Positions 58,957-64,000 of a stretch of DNA of 64,000 nt are shown here, in pieces (the stretch's first letter is position 1; the number at the start of each line of letters is the position of its first letter). This stretch comes from Acipenser ruthenus (Eukaryota): NCBI RefSeq assembly GCF_902713425.1, contig NC_081212.1:9972261-10036260 (forward strand), written 5' to 3'. The notes below the pieces were generated by a model. That model was not told where the DNA came from. It saw nothing but the letters and a program-made list of their open reading frames with translations, and did not search any database. Position numbers and translations under genes: made by a program.

Positions 58957-59455
58957 TGGGGCTCCTGAGTGGCGAATCCGGTAAAGGCGCTCCGCGTGGT
59001 GCAGGATGCGCTCTATAGCCTCGACGTCGCTGGTTGAAGTCCAGGCTATTCCATAGCCGACCGTGGATGGGAGCTCCCAGGGGGCGGCGCACAATTGGCC
59101 GAGCGCCGCCCGGGGGGAGGGAGGGTTAGGTCGGCCAGGGTGTCCTCGGCTCACCGCGCACCAGCGACCCCTGTAGTCTGGCCGGGCGCCTGCTGGCTTG
59201 CCTGTAAGCTGCCCGAGAGCTGCGTTGTCCTCCTATGCTGTAGCTCTTGGGTGGCTGCACGGTGAGTCCGCAGTGTGAAAAAAAGCAGTTGGCTGACGGC
59301 ACACGCTTCGGAGGACTGTGTGTGTTCGTCTTCACCCTCCCGAGTCAGCGCAGGGGTGGTAGCGGTGAGCTGAGCTTAAAAAATAATTGGCCATTCTAAA
59401 TTGGGAGAAAATAATAAAAATAATTGGCAACGACTAAATTAAAAAAAAAAAAAAA
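58957..59455 (+). mobile_element. tRNA-derived SINE (family C), plus orientation, in PARP4 intron 20
   Basis: Matches 51284-51762. Confidence 0.85.
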
Positions 59456-59989
59456 GGGCGTTTCTTGCTGTCACAAAGCAGTCAGTCTTTATTCTGCAGT
59501 CTGGTGCTGATCGGGTCTGCAAAACCTGTTTTCTAAAAAATGTTAGTTCACCTCTTCCTATGATTTATGAGAATATTAAATGTCTAGAAGCAGACTTTCT
59601 TACACTTAAAAAAAAAAAAAAAAAAAAAAAAAACAGTGATTAGACAAACGTGGTTGCAGCATAAAACATATTACAATACAAACATACAAAAATAAAATAC
59701 TTTTAAAACACAGACAAGTCAATACAATAAACAATCAGTTAGTGACAATCAATTAGTGACAGGTGTAATCAACTACTTAAAACAAGCACAACTCTCAATT
59801 AGATAATCATGCAGCTTACTCTTAAATTGTACTAAAGTTATTTGGGACTGCAAGTTAAGTTTAGACTGTAAGTCATTCCAGGACCATGGAGCAAAATAAG
59901 CAAATGATCTTTTAGCAGCCTCAGTACGCACTTTAGGAACCGTACAATACAAAAATGAGTGCGATCTAAGACTGTAGTTACTAGAAGCG

Positions 59990-60050
59990 ACTGTAAAGTA
60001 AGTCGCCCTGGATGAGGGTGTCTGCTAAGAAATAAATAATAATAATAAAG
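59990..60050 (+). mobile_element. SINE family B tail fragment
   Basis: ACTGTAAAGTAAGTCGCCCTGGATGAGGGTGTCTGCTAAGAAATAAAT(AAT)n. Confidence 0.6.
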
Positions 60051-60064
60051 TATTAGTAGTAGTG

Positions 60065-60170
<106 letters not shown>

Positions 60171-60559
60171 GGTAGCTTACATAGAATAGCCTAGTATGAA
60201 AAAATTAACCAGTGCTTCAACCTTCGCAATGCCAAAGAGGTCCAGCCAACCAAACCATATAACACACAATGACTTGTAACTTGAATTTGTATTTCAAGGC
60301 TGCATGATATATGGGATCCAATTTGCTTAATGTTAGCAAACTTATAGATTGTCACCATAATCAATTTGTGGTAGAAATATACAAGCAATTAGCCTTTTTT
60401 TGTAACTACAGAAAACCTATCATAAATTTCAATTTATTTGCTAGATGGTCAATATGGGCCTTGAAATAAAGATTACTGTCCAGCCAAATACCCAGGTACT
60501 TATACTTGTCAGCTAACTCAATGGCTTTGCAATCTAAAGTAACTAGTTGAATTAACAGT

Positions 60560-60783
60560 AGTAGTTTAACCTTTATCCAAGGCGACTTACAGAGACTAGG
60601 TTGTGTGAACTATGCATCAGCTGCAGAGTCACTTACAATTACGTCTCACCCGAAAGACGGAGCACAAGGAGGTTCAGTGACTTGCTCAGGGTCACACAAT
60701 GAGTCAGTGACTGAGGTGGGATTTGAACCGGGGACCTCCTGGTTACAAGCCCTTTTCTTTAACCACTGGACTACACAGCCTCC
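60560..60783 (-). mobile_element. tRNA-derived SINE (family A), minus orientation
   Basis: Reverse complement matches 47939-48183. Confidence 0.85.
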
Positions 60784-62213
60784 TTTTGAATATTTAAAAG
60801 AACCAACTATACAGATTTAAATTAACAATGCAGATGCCATTTTAGAAACTATTGACTATCAATTTATAACAAACAGCTTTATAAATCAAATACATTCTCA
60901 ACTATTATTGTTAAATAAGAGAAAAACAGAGATCCAATACACATGACTGAAAGTGGAACAACTGCTTAATGGCAAATATGAAACAGGAAAATGTATCAAA
61001 CTCAAAAGATTTATTTACACAACATTTGTAAATGCTCAGAATGAAAAGAACGAGAAATTTAACAAAAACATGTATATGCTTTGAAACACAAAACCAGTAA
61101 AACGGTAATAACAAATTACTAGCAGATGAGTCATGGGGGGGGGGGGGGGTTAGGGGATAAAAAAAAATCGAAATGCTGTATATATCAGTCTTTGTTTAAA
61201 CATCCCAAAATATCCAGTCCCCCAAAAATATATTTTTTATCCAAAAAAGTAACTGGGGGAAAAAAAACCAAACAATTCAAAACAAATAAGCTCGGTCTCC
61301 CTGGTAATCCAAATGGAGAAGCCTGATTCTTCAGAGATAATATTTTTGCTGATCATGGCTTAGGAATGAAGATCTGCAGCAGGGCATGGCGTACACAGTA
61401 ATAACGCAGCCGCATTGGAGTTTTGTGGTTGTTATTTATAACATTTTTTGTATCTTTCCATAAACTATACTGACTGAACTACAATGGATTACAAACTTTA
61501 CAAGCAACTCCATTTCAAAAAGTCTGCGCACTACCCAGGGCGTCTTTTTTAAAGGGATACACTCCAAATAGAAAAACCAAACAATGAGCTCATTTTTTTT
61601 CTTTCTGCGTACCTTTTTATTAAAAAAATATCATTGCCAGGCCAGGCTTACCGCTGCTAAAAATAAGAGACAGCAGGTGGAACGCTTATATCCCACGTTG
61701 TAAGGTATTTGCTGCAGATTGGCATAGTTACATACATTGCCTGAGACTCACTGGGAATTGTTGACAATGGCCGGTTAATGTCCAAAGTACTCTACATTTC
61801 CATTAAGAAAATAACATCGGCCAAAGTGACCGGCACTGCCGTCAGAGCCCAAGAGCAACGGTCATTGACAGCATTGGCCGATTTTCAGTCTTTGGCCGTA
61901 ACATAGACATTTCTGTTTCGGTCATCACATCCTGTGGAGTTTTTGTTTTAAAGGGTCTTGAACATGTCCTCTGTCTACAGTAGGTAGTCCAGCTAACACA
62001 ACAGAGTGTAAGCATTAACCTGCTCCCTTCCACCCTAGTGGATGCAAGAAATGCAACAGTAACATTCCAGTATGTTTTTGTGGTCCATACAGGTCTTAAT
62101 TCCACTTCTTTATAAAGCAATGTGCTGGTGAATGTACTGCATCAGTATGTGTTTACTGACAAATAATGCATTTTCAATATGGTCAAGTGTGTTTTCTTTT
62201 CTTATGTTTTCAG

Positions 62214-62397
62214 GCTTGCATGTTGGTGTTTTGCCCAGAGTTTGCTTCTAGTAGTTTTATAGAGGACTGTGAGGTTGTGATTTTCTTGGACAGTTCCAAT
62301 TCCATGAGGGGGGCAGTGCTGCAGGAAGCCAGAAAGATTGCTCTACGGCTGCTGAATTCACTGCATTGCAAGCTCAATGTTGTCATATTTGGTACAG
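62214..62397 (+). CDS. PARP4: PARP4 coding exon 21 (vWA domain, MIDAS DxSxS)
   Basis: ACMLVFCPEF...VVIFLDSSNSMRGAVLQEARKIALRLLNSL...VVIFGT aligns with human ACMLVFQPDL...VIICLDCSSSMEGVTFLQAKQIALHALSLV...IIQFGT. Donor CAG|GTAGGT. Confidence 0.85.
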
Positions 62398-62836
62398 GTA
62401 GGTCATGGTTAAAAAATATGAATCTCTTTTTTCCTGCATAATCATTTTCATTACATTTGGAAGGAAATATTATTACATTTTATTGAGGTTTTGTGTAAAT
62501 CTCTGAGTAATGTCAATAAAAGTTGGTAGCCATTAGTTTGCAGAACTTAGTTTAAGACACTAATTGCATAGCAGTTGAATCCATTCCAGGTTTTTATGTG
62601 AACGTACAGGAGATGAATGGTGTGTCTAGTTAAGCTCAGCTATGCCTAATAACCTGACATGGCTCCATTGCAAAGGGAGTCTTGTATTTGAGGTGAAGTA
62701 TGTGTCTTTTTCTGCAATTCATTTAACACAAGGCTACCAGAAGTTACATACAAGAGTACAAAGGTATTTTTCAGAATTTCGCTACCTAACTTCTAATACC
62801 AAACTATTTATTTTTTCAATGCTGTGTAATGTGCAG

Positions 62837-62901
62837 ATTATAAGGAATTGTTCCCCTGTCCACAAGATGATGTCTTGGAAGCTGCAAAGCAGTTTATAAT
62901 G
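62837..62901 (+). CDS. PARP4: PARP4 coding exon 22 (vWA)
   Basis: (D)YKELFPCPQDDVLEAAKQFIM aligns with human (G)YKELFSYPKHITSNTMAAEFIM. Acceptor GTGCAG, donor ATG|GTAAGT. Confidence 0.7.
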
Positions 62902-63002
62902 GTAAGTGTTTGCTTGTATTGGGTACGATACAAGCATCTCTAAGTGTTGAACCGTTATTAGCTCTGAATTGTTTCTTCTTACTTCTCTATCTTTTTTTAA
63001 AG

Positions 63003-63190
63003 TTTTCACCACCATTAATGGGCAACACTGATCTTTGGAGACCTTTACGCAATTTAAGCTTGCTGGCTCCTTCTAAAGGCGTCCGTAACATCGTCTTAAT
63101 TTCGGACGGACACATTCAGAGTGAGGGTTTGACCCTGCGGCTAGTGAAAGAGAACGCTCATCATACCAGGATTTTCACTTGTGGAGTTGG
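63003..63190 (+). CDS. PARP4: PARP4 coding exon 23 (vWA)
   Basis: FSPPLMGNTDLWRPLRNLSLLAPSKGVRNIVLISDGHIQSEGLTLRLVKENAHHTRIFTCGVG aligns with human SATPTMGNTDFWKTLRYLSLLYPARGSRNILLVSDGHLQDESLTLQLVKRSRPHTRLFACGIG. Donor GG|GTGAGT. Confidence 0.9.
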
Positions 63191-63344
63191 GTGAGTTTTT
63201 TTTATTTTGTTTGCTTACCATGGAAATGCATCATTGCTTGTTAATATTTTGATCTATTGTTCTACTGTATCTGCTGAAGAATGTCTATAAACTGATGCCT
63301 AGGATGATGCTGCTTCTTATAATAATGGGATCTTCCCAATTTAG

Positions 63345-63444
63345 CCATACAGCAAATCGACACATGTTGAGGTCCTTGGCACAGTCTGGAGGTGGAGCTT
63401 ATGAGTTTTTTGACATGAAAACAAAACACAACTGGAGAGAAAAG
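63345..63444 (+). CDS. PARP4: PARP4 coding exon 24 (vWA); the gene continues beyond the window
   Basis: HTANRHMLRSLAQSGGGAYEFFDMKTKHNWREK aligns with human STANRHVLRILSQCGAGVFEYFNAKSKHSWRKQ. Donor AAG|GTAAGG. Confidence 0.85.
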
Positions 63445-63699
63445 GTAAGGTTATTTGAAGACGGCTCATACAGGTCAATAATAAGCCTTCTGATACTCAT
63501 TATCATGATAACCCAAAGCGCAGTGAAGCTAAAAGGCAAAAAAATTATATTGTACCATTGCTATTGGACATCTCAATAGTCACCAAGTGTCACTGCTTTT
63601 AAAACAAGATTAAAAACACACTTTTATAATGTAGTGTTTGTATGCTAAAATGATGTTCCTTTTATTCTCTGCCCTGTTTTACTGTTCTATGTGTTTCTT

Positions 63700-63850
63700 T
63701 AGTTTTTATTGCTTTTCTTGTATTCTTTTATTAATATTTGTCTTTTATTAATTATTAATGTTTTATTCATGTGAAGCGCTTTGCGGCAATTTTTATTGTG
63801 AAAGGCGCTTTATTAAAAATAAAGATTATTATTATTATTATTATTATTAT
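63700..63850 (+). mobile_element. LINE/SINE 3' tail-type repeat (GTGAAGCGCTTTGCGGCAATTTTTATTGTGAAAGGCGCTTTATTAAAAATAAA) plus (ATT)n
   Basis: Reverse complement matches 7465-7520. Shares a stem-forming GCGCTTT...AAAGGCGC motif with the tails at 18960 and 41885. Confidence 0.4.
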
Positions 63851-64000
63851 TATACAGCAGATTGGAATGTTTGAACAGTGATTGTTGGGAGTTCTGTGTG
63901 ACAAAGAAAATTAAAACCTTATCTGATCCACAGTGGCTGGTGAAATGAGTTTCATGCCTATGTGACAAAATGACAGGGACATTGTCCAGTAATATAAAAC

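Overview
This is vertebrate nuclear DNA with GT-AG introns, almost certainly from a ray-finned fish, and contains no prokaryotic operons, rRNA, or CRISPR. Two host genes are visible. (1) The first 24 coding exons of a PARP4 ortholog (vault poly-ADP-ribose polymerase) lie on the + strand at 33468-63444 and continue beyond the window. They encode the BRCT, PARP catalytic (H-Y-E intact), VIT and vWA domains. A CpG-rich putative promoter with a perfect CRE palindrome, a TATA box and a probable non-coding first exon sits at about 32170-32800. (2) One coding exon of a CASTOR/GATS-like arginine-sensor gene lies on the - strand at 16541-16727, divergent from PARP4; a SINE tail abuts its ATG. The rest of the window is a dense, nested landscape of transposable elements. 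It includes CR1-like LINEs (8281-10110; 26400-30170 with a nested SINE; 49321-50830) and L2-clade LINE fragments (1455-2372, 15600-15900, 30420-31250). There are three tRNA-derived SINE families, one of which shares its 3' tail with the L2. Two Tc1-like DNA transposons (45359-46949 and 56846-58485) are degenerate. A DIRS-like tyrosine-recombinase retroelement fragment spans 23000-25330. An element of about 7.8 kb is bounded by roughly 490-bp inverted repeats (7786-8275 / 15091-15592) and carries a frameshifted, apparently intron-containing transposase-like ORF of an unclassified family (12383-14650). There are also many minisatellites and microsatellites. The most unusual local structure is an inverted plus direct duplication of part of PARP4 catalytic exon 12, sitting about 450 bp downstream of that exon in the intron. 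No novel cellular system is evident; the interesting features are TE-host interactions and an uncharacterised transposase family.
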